From: Auanema rhodensis
Taxonomy: Eukaryota; Animalia; Nematoda
Assembly (NCBI GenBank): GCA_964057225.1
Contig: OZ059900.1
Span: 6,820,001 to 6,884,000, forward strand
Length of the DNA stretch: 64,000 bases
Reading direction: 5' to 3'
Below are positions 41,120 through 53,151 of this stretch, one piece after another; positions within the stretch are counted from its first letter, which is position 1, and the number at the start of each line of letters is the position of its first letter. Made by a program: the position numbers and the translations under genes. The notes below the pieces were generated by a model, which ran no database searches, was not told the DNA's origin, and was given only the letters and a program-made list of their open reading frames with translations.

Positions 41120-44100
41120 GAGTGGAGGAGGAGAAAGGTTAGAAAAGGGTGAAAAAGAAGGTAAAAAAATGTAGAAAAAGAAGGGAAAAATTGGTAGAAA
41201 AAAAGGTGAAAAAAGGTAAAAAAAGGTTAAAAAAGAAGGGAAAAATTGGTAGAAAAAAAGGGAAAAATTGGTAGAAAAAAAGGGAAAAGGTTAAAAAAGA
41301 AGGGAAAAATTGGTAGAAAAAAAGGTGAAAAAAGGGAAAAATTAGTAGGAAAAAAGGGAAAAAGGTAAAAAAGGTGAAAAAAGGGAAAATGGTAGAAAAA
41401 GAAGGGAAAAATTGGTAGAAAAAAAGGGAAAAAGGTAAAAAAAGGGAAAATCGTTGAAAAAGAAGGGAAAAATTGGTAGAAAAAAAAGGTGAAAAAAGGG
41501 AAAAATTAGTAGGAAAAAAGGTGAAAAAAGGTTAAAAAAGAAGGGAAAAATTGGTAGAAAAAAATGTGAAAAAAGGGAAAAATTGGTAGAAAAAAAGGGA
41601 AAAGGTAAAAAAAGGTTAAAAAAAAGGGAAAAGGTAAAAAAAGGTTAAAAAAAGGGAAAAATTGGTAGAAAAAAAAGGAAAAATTGGTAGAAAAAAAGGG
41701 AAAAGGTAAAAAAAGGTAGAAAAGGAAGGGAAAAATTGGTAGAAAAAAAGGGAAAAATTGGTAGAAAAAAAGGGAAAAGGTTAAAAAAAAGGGGAAAATT
41801 GGTAGAAAAAAAGGGAAAAAGGTAAAAAAAGGTTAAAAAAGAAGGGAAAAATTGGTAGAAAAAAAGGGAAAAATTGGTAGAAAAAAAGGGAAAAGGTAAA
41901 AAAAGGTTAAAAAAAGGTAGAAAAGGAAGGGAAAAATTGGTAGAAAAAAAGGGAAAAATTGGTAGAAAAAAAGGGAAAAGGTAAAAAAAGGTAGAAAAGG
42001 AAGGGAAAAATTGGTAGAAAAAAAGGGAAAAATTGGTAGAAAAAAAGGGAAAAGGTTAAAAAAAAGGGAAAAATTGGTAGAAAAAAAGGGAAAAAGGTAA
42101 AAAAAGGTTAAAAAAGAAGGGAAAAATTGGTATAAAAAAAAGGGAAAAATTGGTAGAAAAAAAGGGAAAAGGTAAAAAAAGGTTAAAAAAAAGGGAAAAG
42201 GTAAAAAAAGGTTAAAAAAAAAGGGAAAAATTGGTAGAAAAAAAGGGAAAAATTGGTAGAAAAAAAGGGAAAAGGTAAAAAAAGGTAGAAAAGGAAGGGA
42301 AAAATTGGTAGAAAAAAAGGGAAAAATTGGTAGAAAAAAAGGGAAAAGGTAAAAAAAGGTTAAAAAAAGGTAGAAAAAAAGGGAAAAATTGGTAGAAAAA
42401 AAGGGAAAAGGTAAAAAAAGGTTAAAAAAAAAAGGAAAAATTGGTAGAAAAAAAGGGAAAAAGGTAAAAAAAGGTAGAAAAGGAAGGGAAAAATTGGTAG
42501 AAAAAAAGGGAAAAATTGGTAGAAAAAAAGGGAAAAGGTAAAAAAAGGTAGAAAAGGAAGGGAAAAATTGGTAGAAAAAAAGGGAAAAATTGGTAGAAAA
42601 AAAGGGAAAAGGTTAAAAAAAAGGGGAAAATTGGTAGAAAAAAAGGGAAAAAGGTAAAAAAAGGTTAAAAAAAAAAGGAAAAATTGGTAGAAAAAAAGGG
42701 AAAAAGGTAAAAAAAGGTAGAAAAGGAAGGGAAAAATTGGTAGAAAAAAAGGGAAAAATTGGTAGAAAAAAAGGGAAAAGGTTAAAAAAAAGGGGAAAAT
42801 TGGTAGAAAAAAAGGGAAAAAGGTAAAAAAAGGTTAAAAAAGAAGGGAAAAATTGGTAGAAAAAAAGGGAAAAGGTTAAAAAAAAAGGGAAAAATTGGTA
42901 GAAAAAAAGGGAAAAATTGGTAGAAAAAAAGGGAAAAGGTTAAAAAAAAAGGGAAAAATTGGTAGAAAAAAAGGGAAAAGGTTAAAAAAAAAGGGAAAAA
43001 TTGGTAGAAAAAAAGGGAAAAGGTAAAAAAAGGTTAAAAAAGAAGGGAAGAATTGGTATAAAAAAAAGGGAAAAATTGGTAGAAAAAAAGGGAAAAGGTA
43101 AAAAAAGGTTAAAAAAAAAGGGAAAAATTGGTAGAAAAAAAGGGAAAAATTGGTAAAAAAAAGGGAAAAGGTAAAAAAAGGTTAAAAAAAGGTAGAAAAA
43201 AAGGGAAAAATTGGTAGAAAAAAAGGGAAAAGGTAAAAAAAGGTTAAAAAAAGGTAGAAAAAAAGGGAAAAATTGGTAGAAAAAAAGGGAAAAATTGGTA
43301 GAAAAAAAGGGAAAAGGTAAAAAAAGGTAGAAAAGGAAGGGAAAAATTGGTAGAAAAAAAGGGAAAAATTGGTAGAAAAAAAGGGAAAAGGTTAAAAAAA
43401 AAGGGAAAAATTGGTAGAAAAAAAGGAAAAAAGGTAAAAAAAGGTTAAAAAAGAAGGGAAAAATTGGTAGAAAAAAAGGGAAAAATTGGTAGAAAAAAAG
43501 GGAAAAATTGGTAGAAAAAAAGGGAAAAGGTAAAAAAAGGTTAAAAAAAAAGGGAAAAATTGGTAGAAAAAAGGGAAAAATTGGTAGAAAAAAAGGGAAA
43601 AGGTAAAAAAAGATTAAAAAAGAAGGAAAAAATTGGTAGAAAAAAAGGGAAAAATTGGTAGAAAAAAAGGGAAAAGGTAAAAAAAGGTAGAAAAGGAAGG
43701 GAAAAATTGGTAGAAAAAAAGGGAAAAATTGGTAGAAAAAAAGGGAAAAGGTAAAAAAAGGTTAAAAAAAGGTAGAAAAAAAGGGAAAAATTGGTAGAAA
43801 AAAAGGGAAAAGGTAAAAAAAGGTTAAAAAAAAAAGGAAAAATTGGTAGAAAAAAAGGGAAAAAGGTAAAAAAAGGTAGAAAAGGAAGGGAAAAATTGGT
43901 AGAAAAAAAGGGAAAAATTGGTAGAAAAAAGGGAAAAATTGGTAGAAAAAAAGGGAAAAGGTAAAAAAAGATTAAAAAAGAAGGAAAAAATTGGTAGAAA
44001 AAAAGGGAAAAATTGGTAGAAAAAAAGGGAAAAGGTAAAAAAAGGTAGAAAAGGAAGGGAAAAATTGGTAGAAAAAAAGGGAAAAATTGGTAGAAAAAAA

Positions 44101-47100
44101 GGGAAAAGGTAAAAAAAGGTTAAAAAAAGGTAGAAAAAAAGGGAAAAATTGGTAGAAAAAAAGGGAAAAGGTAAAAAAAGGTTAAAAAAAAAAGGAAAAA
44201 TTGGTAGAAAAAAAGGGAAAAAGGTAAAAAAAGGTAGAAAAGGAAGGGAAAAATTGGTAGAAAAAAAGGGAAAAATTGGTAGAAAAAAAGGGAAAAGGTA
44301 AAAAAAGGTAGAAAAGGAAGGGAAAAATTGGTAGAAAAAAAGGGAAAAATTGGTAGAAAAAAAGGGAAAAATTGGTAGAAAAAAAGGGAAAAGGTTAAAA
44401 AAAAAGGGAAAAATTGGTAGAAAAAAAGGGAAAAAGGTAAAAAAAGGTAGAAAAGGAAGGGAAAAATTGGTAGAAAAAAAGGGAAAAATTGGTAGAAAAA
44501 AAGGGAAAAGGTAAAAAAAGGTAGAAAAGGAAGGGAAAAATTGGTAGAAAAAAAGGGAAAAATTGGTAGAAAAAAAGGGAAAAGGTAAAAAAAGGTTAAA
44601 AAAAAAAGGAAAAATTGGTAGAAAAAAAGGGAAAAAGGTAAAAAAAGGTAGAAAAGGAAGGGAAAAATTGGTAGAAAAAAAGGGAAAAATTGGTAGAAAA
44701 AAAGGGAAAAGGTAAAAAAAGGTTAAAAAAAAAGGGAAAAATTGGTATAAAAAAAAGGGAAAAATTGGTAGAAAAAAAGGGAAAAAGGTAAAAAAAGGTT
44801 AAAAAAGAAGGGAAAAATTGGTATAAAAAAAAGGGAAAAATTGGTAGAAAAAAAGGGAAAAGGTAAAAAAAGGTTAAAAAAAAAGGGAAAAGGTAAAAAA
44901 AGGTTAAAAAAAAGGGAAAAATTGGTAGAAAAAAAGGGAAAAGGTAAAAAAAGGTTAAAAAAGAAGGGAAAAATTGGTATAAAAAAAAGGGAAAAATTGG
45001 TAGAAAAAAAGGGAAAAGGTAAAAAAAGGTTAAAAAAAAAAGGAAAAATTGGTAGAAAAAAAGGGAAAAGGTAAAAAAAGATTAAAAAAGAAGGAAAAAA
45101 TTGGTAGAAAAAAAGGTGAAAAAGGTAAAAAAAGGGAAAATAGTAGAAAAAGAAGGGAAAAATTTGTAGGAAAAAAGGTGAAAAAAGGTAAAAAAGGTTA
45201 AAAAAGAAGGGAAAAATTGGTAGAAAAAAAGGGAAAAATTGGTAAAAAAAAAGGGAAAAGGTAAAAAAAGGTTAAAAAAAAAGGGAAAAGGTAAAAAAAG
45301 GTTAAAAAAAAAGGGAAAAATTGGTAGAAAAAAAGGGAAAAGGTAAAAAAAGGTAGAAAAGGAAGGGAAAAATTGGTAGAAAAAAAGGGAAAAATTGGTA
45401 GAAAAAAAGGGAAAAGGTTAAAAAAAAAGGGAAAAATTGGTAGAAAAAAAGGAAAAAAGGTAAAAAAAGGTTAAAAAAGAAGGGAAAAATTGGTAGAAAA
45501 AAAGGGAAAAATTGGTAGAAAAAAAGGGAAAAGGTAAAAAAAGGTTAAAAAAAAAGGGAAAAATTGGTAGAAAAAAGGGAAAAATTGGTAGAAAAAAAGG
45601 GAAAAGGTAAAAAAAGATTAAAAAAGAAGGAAAAAATTGGTAGAAAAAAAGGGAAAAATTGGTAGAAAAAAAGGGAAAAGGTAAAAAAAGGTTAAAAAAA
45701 AAAGGAAAAATTGGTAGAAAAAAAGGGAAAAGGTAAAAAAAGGTTAAAAAAAAAAGGAAAAATTGGTAGAAAAAAAGGGAAAAGGTAAAAAAAGATTAAA
45801 AAAGAAGGAAAAAATTGGTAGAAAAAAAGGTGAAAAAGGTAAAAAAAGGGAAAATAGTAGAAAAAGAAGGGAAAAATTGGTAGAAAAAAAGGTGAAAAAG
45901 GTAAAAAAAGGGAAAATAGTAGAAAAAGAAGGGAAAAATTGGTAGAAAAAAAGGGAAAAGGTTAAAAAAAAGGGGAAAATTGGTAGAAAAAAAGGGAAAA
46001 ATTGGTAGAAAAAAAGGGAAAAGGTAAAAAAAGGTTAAAAAAAAAGGGAAAAATTGGTAGAAAAAAGGGAAAAATTGGTAGAAAAAAAGGGAAAAGGTAA
46101 AAAAAGATTAAAAAAGAAGGAAAAAATTGGTAGAAAAAAAGGGAAAAATTGGTAGAAAAAAAGGGAAAAGGTAAAAAAAGGTTAAAAAAAAAAGGAAAAA
46201 TTGGTAGAAAAAAAGGGAAAAGGTAAAAAAAGGTTAAAAAAAAAAGGAAAAATTGGTAGAAAAAAAGGGAAAAGGTAAAAAAAGATTAAAAAAGAAGGAA
46301 AAAATTGGTAGAAAAAAAGGTGAAAAAGGTAAAAAAAGGGAAAATAGTAGAAAAAGAAGGGAAAAATTGGTAGAAAAAAAGGTGAAAAAGGTAAAAAAAG
46401 GGAAAATAGTAGAAAAAGAAGGGAAAAATTGGTAGAAAAAATAGGTGAAAAAAGGGAAAAATTTGTAGGAAAAAAGGTGAAAAAAGGTAAAAAAGGTTAA
46501 AAAAGAAGGGAAAAATTGGTAGAAAAAAAGGTTAAAAAAGGGAGAAAAAGAATGAAATAATTGGTAGAAAAAAAGGTGAAAAAAGGGAAAAATTGGTCGA
46601 AAAAAAGAAAAAAATTGGTAAAAAAAGGTGAAGAAGGTAAATAAGGTAGAAGAAGAATTGAAAAATTGGACTTTGGAAAAAATGAAAAATGAGGTAAAAT
46701 ATGGATAGGAAAAATAGAAAAAAGGTGAAAAAAGGGAAAAAAGGGAGACGAGGAAAAAATGGTAGAAAAAAGATAAAAAGGTAAAAAAAGGTAGAAAAGG
46801 AAGGGAAAAATTGGTAGAAAAAAGGTAAAAAGGTAAAAAAAAATTAGAAAAAGAATAGAAAAAGTGGACTTTAGAAAAAAATGAAAAATGAGGGAAATTA
46901 TGGATATGAAAAATAGAAAAAAAGGTAAAAAAAGGGAAAAAAGGAGAAAAGATTAGAAAAGGGAGAAAAAAAAGGCAAAAATTGATAGAAAAAAAGGTAA
47001 AAAAAGAGAAAAAGGTAAAAAAAGGTAGAAGAAGAATTGAAAAATTGGACTTTGGAAAAAATGAAAAATGAGGGAAAATATGGATAAGAAAAATAGAAAA

Positions 47101-47159
47101 GAGGTAAAAAAGGAAAAAGGGGAAAAAAGGAAAAAGGTAGAAAAAGAAGAAAAAGAACA
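41120..47159 (+). repeat. ~6-kb purine-rich (A/G) degenerate minisatellite, core ~22 bp gggaaaaattggtagaaaaaaa
   Basis: Shuffled modules aattggtag, gggaaaaggt, aaaggtt, ggaaggg separated by A runs. No C seen on the + strand until ~46600. A 490-bp internal duplication is shown by identical ORFs at 45763 and 46253. Confidence 0.97.
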
Positions 47160-47385
47160 ATCATGATGTACATTTCAACATCATTGATAGTATCAAACTT
47201 GACTTTAGTCTTCCCCAACATTGCATCCAAGAAGCTAAACGAGGGCTATTGAAATACCAATTTAGGTGATGATAGCATCCAAAATGTTCTTCCAATGAAT
47301 ATAAAGAATAGTGTTACACCAATCATGTCGTATCATTGAATTTTTGAAAACATCGCATTCTTCCATTACCTTTTGTAAATAAAAA
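47158..47385 (-). mobile_element. Degraded fragment of a Maverick/Polinton-type protein-primed DNA polymerase B gene
   Basis: Minus strand reads WYFNSPRLA(fs)DAMLGKTKVKFDTINDVEMYIMI with upstream YLQK...DVFKN. Resembles the recalled Polinton pPolB segment LYLKTDV..LADVFENFR...WY.TSPGLAWDAMLK.TKVKLELITDVDMYL.IEKGIRGG. Frameshifted and truncated. Confidence 0.55.
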
Positions 47386-47757
47386 AGAGTCTTCCTTTTC
47401 TTTTGTAGTTTGCGTTGATTTCGTGATTTCTCGTCTGTGATTATTATTGTTATTTTCTCCTTTTTGGTATTTTGTTGCACTTTTAAAAAATAATTTTTCC
47501 CTCAAAAAAATGAGAATTTACATAAACATGAGATACTTGTCATTTTTAAGTTATAAAATCATAAGAAGAGTTGTATTTAAATTCATGAATAAAAGGTTTT
47601 TTGTTGTGGACTTAAGTTTCGATTTATTTTATTCGGATGAAATTAAAAAAAAACTTTTTCTATTTTAAAATCTATCTTCTTTATTAATTTTTTCTTTTCT
47701 TTTCAATTTTTTTTATTAATTTGATTTTTTCAGATTACCTAAGCAATTTCTATCAAC

Positions 47758-47970
47758 ATGGACTCGGTATGTTTTGTTGATATTTTATCTTACTAGTTAA
47801 TAATCTTATTTTCAGTTCATTGTCATTCGAGGAAATGGACGGACTGTTAAAGTTACAGCAGAAAATGATGCCACAGTTAGCACTCTTCGCAGGGTTTCTC
47901 AACTTGAACAGGACGTGCCAATTGGATTATACACGAACAATAGAGCCTTGGTTTTGGGAGTAGGTTTTTA
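47758..47970 (+). CDS. Putative 5' exons of an unknown gene or pseudogene (MDS/FIVIRGNGRTVKVTAENDATVSTLRRVSQLEQDVPIGLYTNNRALVLG)
   Basis: ttttcag acceptor ending 47733 upstream of ATG 47758; canonical 49-nt intron 47767-47815 (gtatgt...ttttcag); open in-frame exon 2. No convincing downstream exon found. Confidence 0.45.
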
Positions 47971-48293
47971 AAGCTTTTATTAAAATACAACAATTTTCGT
48001 TAGCAATTTCGAATAAAATTTTGAACAAATTTTTCATGTAAATTTGCAGATGGCGACGCGAAAAAAATTATTATGTTTTCGAATTGATAGTTACATTTAT
48101 TTGTCTTAGTGCTTGCAGATGATTCTCCTGTATCTATTTTCATATACTAAAAAAATCATTTGATTCATTAATATATTTTTTCATAATGAAAAGTCTTTAA
48201 GAAATATTGGCAATACTTTATTAAAAGAAAACTTGAGCTACATAAAATTCCACTTTTTAGAATATGGATGTAGTGTAACTGTTTTTCTTGTCA

Positions 48294-48532
48294 TCAGTAT
48301 CGGGAGGGATTAAGCGCAGAGCTTGGTACGCATTGCTCGAGATAACAAGAATATCCTGGTTGGCAGAGGTTATTAATGCATGGTCCAACAGCCAAATCAA
48401 AAATGGTAGCAGCTGAAATATGTTAATAAATACTGTATAATTTTAAAATTTATGAAGAATCACTCAATTTAAAAACCAACCTTGAGAGAAAGCCAAGATG
48501 GCGAAGAAAACCAGGATGAGAACACGGATCAT
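48294..48532 (-). CDS. Small secreted 4-Cys peptide, nematode CC-domain-like, 56 aa (exons 48532-48481 and 48412-48294)
   Basis: MIRVLILVFFAILAFSQA/ATIFDLAVGPCINNLCQPGYSCYLEQCVPSSALNPSRY*. Hydrophobic signal peptide; phase-1 68-nt intron gttggt...atttcag; GPC-x4-C-PGYSC-x4-C motif; tandem TGA TGA stop. Absent from the ORF track because it is spliced. Confidence 0.88.
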
Positions 48533-48617
48533 GGTGAGGAAGGTAAATTGAAAAAGTCGTAAAGCACAGATAAAGAGAAAAAGAGATGAGGCTTGTTCAC
48601 TGTTCCGAAAAAATTGT

Positions 48618-48625
48618 CTTATATA
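48618..48625 (-). promoter_or_regulatory. Candidate TATA box of the CC-domain peptide gene
   Basis: TATATAAG on the minus strand ~85 nt upstream of ATG 48532. Confidence 0.5.
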
Positions 48626-49556
48626 GTGAAGCAGGCGGTCAGTACATTAAGAACCCCTTATTTACATTCAAACAAGAATAACAAGTAAATGATTCTTATT
48701 TTCAGTTAATTTCCGGCTTCTTTGTGTGAACTAGCACGACAACATCTAAGTAATCTTTGGTTATATGAAAAAAGTTTCCATTGTTGAAGTCTTGAGTGAA
48801 AACTTGTCACAAATATTAATAGTATTATGCCCGTACAGACATGCTGCTTGAGATTCGTTGGTGTAATCGACTGAGCAAATATCAGGCAGTCGTCACAATC
48901 TGTTTCTCATAGTTTTGAATGTAGTCGTCTCACTGAGTTCTCAGCGATGAAATGATCAAGAGTAAAGAGAAAATCTTAAATTAACTTTTGAAAACATGTT
49001 TACACATAGATATAGATAAATTAAAAGGGAGAGATAATTCATAAACAAACAGGACAATACTCTGATACATTGGGATACTTTGAAAGTTTTGATGGTAAAA
49101 TCTAAATGTATTTATTCTTGTTAAAATTGTTTTAACGTGCACAAACTGGCACCAACTAATAACATAACAAATCTCTGTTTTTCTCTATTTTTTCTGACTT
49201 TTACCGATCCTTCTTTCGATTGTTTCATTGCCTGTCCCTCTTTTGATCATATGATTCAAATATAGTTTGGCGCCCCATTGGTACTATAATTTTTTTACGA
49301 TGACTCAATAATTCATATTTATTTGTCACTGAAGTTTTCTGATGTTCTGTGGGTAAATGTCAAATTATCAGTCATCTACATAATGTTTTGTGTCATTTTA
49401 GTCAACTCATGACTATTGTTTGTATTTTCTTCGTTTGTAATTTTTTTACATTGTTCGATTTTACTACCTCATCTCATTCGCTCATTAGTTTTTGGTAAAT
49501 AATAAGTTAATATGGTAATCATTATCTCCACTTCTTTTCTCATCTTTTCTTTTAAG

Positions 49557-50096
49557 GATCTTGGTTCAACTTTCTATGATGATTATGATTGTTTATCAAG
49601 AAATGCGAAAAATGTGGAAGAACACATGCACAAAACAACTGTTGAAAACGAAGAAAGAAAAAGAAAAATCAACCGGGATAAAGCCAACCGTGCACACCAT
49701 ATCGACGCCATTCAGAAATTTGCACCGACTTCTGGAGATGCGTTGAAGAATTTGCATGATAAACTAGTTTTTCAAGAAAACAAGCTCACTTTCGCTCTGG
49801 CTCTTTACCATGACATCTCAAAGAGTATCAATGTGAAAAAAATATCGATTGCTCGTCTGAGAAAAGCAATTGAACTCAAAGTCGAACGTCGAGATATTGA
49901 CAAGCATGAGTTTTTGATGAGGCTTGAATTTCGCAGGCTATATACCATGATGACCGATTACATCAAGTTTTTACAAATTGTGGTTAAGCATCATCACGAA
50001 GCTGGCGTTATTATATCAGACAATTTGCTGAAAGAATTCGAAATGAAGAGAAAATATTTCTTGGAATTGAACGAAGTTTTGAAGAACAAGCTGTAA
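49557..50096 (+). CDS. Coding exon of an unknown helical/coiled-coil protein (~180 aa)
   Basis: 194-codon ORF with protein-like composition in AT-rich surroundings. A polypyrimidine tract plus tttaag| at ~49556 suggests an acceptor; ends at TAA overlapping a gtaagt donor. No family recognised. Confidence 0.6.
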   Translation, partial: DLGSTFYDDYDCLSRNAKNVEEHMHKTTVENEERKRKINRDKANRAHHIDAIQKFAPTSGDALKNLHDKLVFQENKLTFALALYHDISKSINVKKISIARLRKAIELKVERRDIDKHEFLMRLEFRRLYTMMTDYIKFLQIVVKHHHEAGVIISDNLLKEFEMKRKYFLELNEVLKNKL

Positions 50097-51103
50097 GTTT
50101 ATCTGTACATATACTCTTGATCATTAAAAATTTTTCCAGTTACAGCGTAGTATAAGCCGAAATAACGAGAAGATAAAGATTAAGATTACGTTGAGTTTTT
50201 GATTTTCTGTTTTATTTGTTTTGACATAATAACCTTTTTTTGAAATGAATAAATCTGATGATTTTGAAATTGACATCGAACTCAAGTAATAGACAAAAAA
50301 AAGTAAAACAGATACAAATAACAGAAAACATTTTTTTAAATGTAGTTGAATTTGAAATTTAGGACAAAGTGTATACACTAGCGTAGTGCATTTACAAGTT
50401 CAACCACTTTTTTCACAACTAGACCAAAAATCAGAGTAAACTCATGTATAATATCTTATAGTTGCGATTATTCAAACATGACGCTATATTTAATACAGTT
50501 TTGAAATTAAAAAAATTAGTATTATATTGAAATGTGTTTTACAAAAAAAGAACTCAGCTGTACTCGCTTTGAAATTAAAAAAATAATAAAAAAATAAAGA
50601 AAAAAATATTAAACCATGTACTATTCAAATATGATATTCTTTTTTTTTATTTTTTCAAGTTTAATTATACTTACTACCTATACTTTGTAAACACTGTGTG
50701 TTTTATTAATGAATATCCGGAATATACTGTTTTATTTAAAAAATTTTATTTAAAAAACCAAACAAGTTTAAGACAATCATAGTATGAGAAACAAAGAGAT
50801 CTAATTAATGTCTTAAAATATAGAAATATATGCTTGCAATAAAATATAGTAAAAAGAAAACAATAATTATAAAAAAAATGAAAAGTTGAGCGAAAATAAA
50901 TAATTTGGAAAATATTGGAAAAGCAAAAATCGGAACAATGATAGGAAAAGAAAAAATATTTGCGTTATTGATTGTATATTGGTATATTGGTATATTTGTA
51001 TTTTAGATTGAGTGTATATAACATCTTAGTCTAAATGATATGTTCTAGGTACAACGCATACATTCAGTGGATCGGATCCTCTACAGGTTAGTTTCAAAAA
51101 TAA

Positions 51104-51108
<5 letters not shown>

Positions 51109-51144
<36 letters not shown>
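51109..51144 (+). repeat. (CT)18 microsatellite; mirror (AG)12 at 53342-53365
   Basis: Direct reading of the sequence. Confidence 0.95.
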
Positions 51145-51147
<3 letters not shown>

Positions 51148-51334
51148 CATCTCTCTCTCACTTGATTACTTCCTCACCTACTCTCTCATCAGTTCTTCTC
51201 TGAATATCTGTAATCAACTGTGAATGTTTCTGAAATTCTGGAGAAATTGTGAACTATTTACTGATATTTCAATGTTTTTTAACATTTCTGTCGGAACTGT
51301 AGATCCTAAATTATTTGTTAACTCTTAGAGTATT

Positions 51335-51399
51335 GGCGTGATGACCAAGTGGTTATGCTATGTCTTCCCCACTATCATCGAAAGTTCGATTCCTTCGCT
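51335..51399 (+). other. tRNA-derived/SINE-head-like sequence with Pol III A and B boxes (left arm)
   Basis: A-box-like TGACCAAGTGG 51342-51352; B-box GTTCGATTCC 51384-51393 within an imperfect T-arm; followed by TTTT. No proper anticodon arm. Confidence 0.45.
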
Positions 51400-53086
51400 G
51401 AATTTTGGAAAAATCAATACTAATTCTAAAATCTAAAAAACGTTTGGATGGATTTGGCTTGTAAAAAACGATATCTTTTGATGTTTATAACCGTATAAAA
51501 CTTGTTCCACGCTGTTTTTTGGAATTATCTTTCTTTGTGTGAATAGCTAATGAATATATCTAGTCCAATGCAAAAGTTCATAACGATATCTCTGTTGGTA
51601 CAAAAGTTATAACTTTCTAAAAATAAGACAAACAGCTAAAACTTTGACTTTAAACGGCTTTATCTTCTTAACCATTGAGTTTTTTCAAAATTTTTTAATA
51701 GATCCGAGCTCTACTCATAAAGATCTTTTGAATGAGTTGTTGATCTAAAGGTTTAGAGCACTTTGAAATTTTAAGAAATAAAGAATTTGACCAATTTAGA
51801 ATTGAAAAAATAAAAATTTCAAGTTTTTTAACATTTAAGTATTGTATTTGAATAAACTAAACACGCTGATTTCAAATTTGAAAACCGAATTTCTCATTTC
51901 TCACGCTGAAAGGAGTTGTGATACTTTGAAATTTTTGGCGTTAATCATTCAGAAGGCTATAACTTCGTTAAAATGGAATTTCAGAGACTCCCACTTAGTT
52001 TAATCGTCTTCTCTGTCTTTCATTCATTTTGAATGTTGTTTTCACAACTTTTCTACAAAATTTTTATTTTTTGTTAAAATTGTTCAATTTCATGTACTCC
52101 CCCCTTACCTACTTTTTGATCATAACAATCGATATCATTGGAATTCTCAAAACATTTTCTAATTTCTTCGTTAATTATGTGGTATAATCAAAATTTGATA
52201 ATGCTTAGATGAGTATGTCATTGGAATTCTCAAAATATTCTCTAATGTACCTGTTAACTATGTGTTGTATGATATATCTAAGCATTATTGAGTCTTGATT
52301 ATACCACATAGTTAACGAAGAAATTAGAAAATGTTTTGAGAATTCCAATGATATCGATTGTTATGACCGAAAAGTAGGTAAGGGGGGAGTACATGAAATT
52401 GAACAATTTTAACAAAAAATAAAAATTTTGTAGAAAAGTTGTGAAAACAACATTCAAAATGAATGAAAGACAGAGAAGACGATTAAACTAAGTGGGAGTC
52501 TCTGAAATTCCATTTTAACGAAGTTATAGCCTTCTGAATGATTAACGCCAAAAATTTCAAAGTATCACAACTCCTTTCAGCGTGAGAAATGAGAAATTCG
52601 GTTTTCAAATTTGAAATCAGCGTGTTTAGTTTATTCAAATACAATACTTAAATGTTAAAAAACTTGAAATTTTTATTTTTTCAATTCTAAATTGGTCAAA
52701 TTCTTTATTTCTTAAAATTTCAAAGTGCTCTAAACCTTTAGATCAACAACTCATTCAAAAGATCTTTATGAGTAGAGCTCGGATCTATTAAAAAATTTTG
52801 AAAAAACTCAATGGTTAAGAAGATAAAGCCGTTTAAAGTCAAAGTTTTAGCTGTTTGTCTTATTTTTAGAAAGTTATAACTTTTGTACCAACAGAGATAT
52901 CGTTATGAACTTTTGCATTGGACTAGATATATTCATTAGCTATTCACACAAAGAAAGATAATTCCAAAAAACAGCGTGGAACAAGTTTTATACGGTTATA
53001 AACATCAAAAGATATCGTTTTTTACAAGCCAAATCCATCCAAACGTTTTTTAGATTTTAGAATTAGTATTGATTTTTCCAAAATTC

Positions 53087-53151
53087 AGCGAAGGAATCGA
53101 ACTTTCGATGATAGTGGGGAAGACATAGCATAACCACTTGGTCATCACGCC
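53087..53151 (-). other. Mirror copy of the tRNA-like A/B-box sequence (right arm)
   Basis: Reverse complement of 51335-51399. Confidence 0.45.

Noticed and set aside
41120-47159. Telomeric repeat array
   Set aside because: No TTAGGC/TTAGGG-type fixed short period; the tract is internal and irregular.
44841-47160. Lys/Gly-rich (+) and Phe-rich (-) ORFs, including the 308-aa ORF
   Set aside because: Translation artefacts of the A/G-rich low-complexity tract.
51335-51399. Functional tRNA gene
   Set aside because: A/B boxes are present but the acceptor and anticodon stems cannot be formed; kept only as a tRNA-like/SINE relic.
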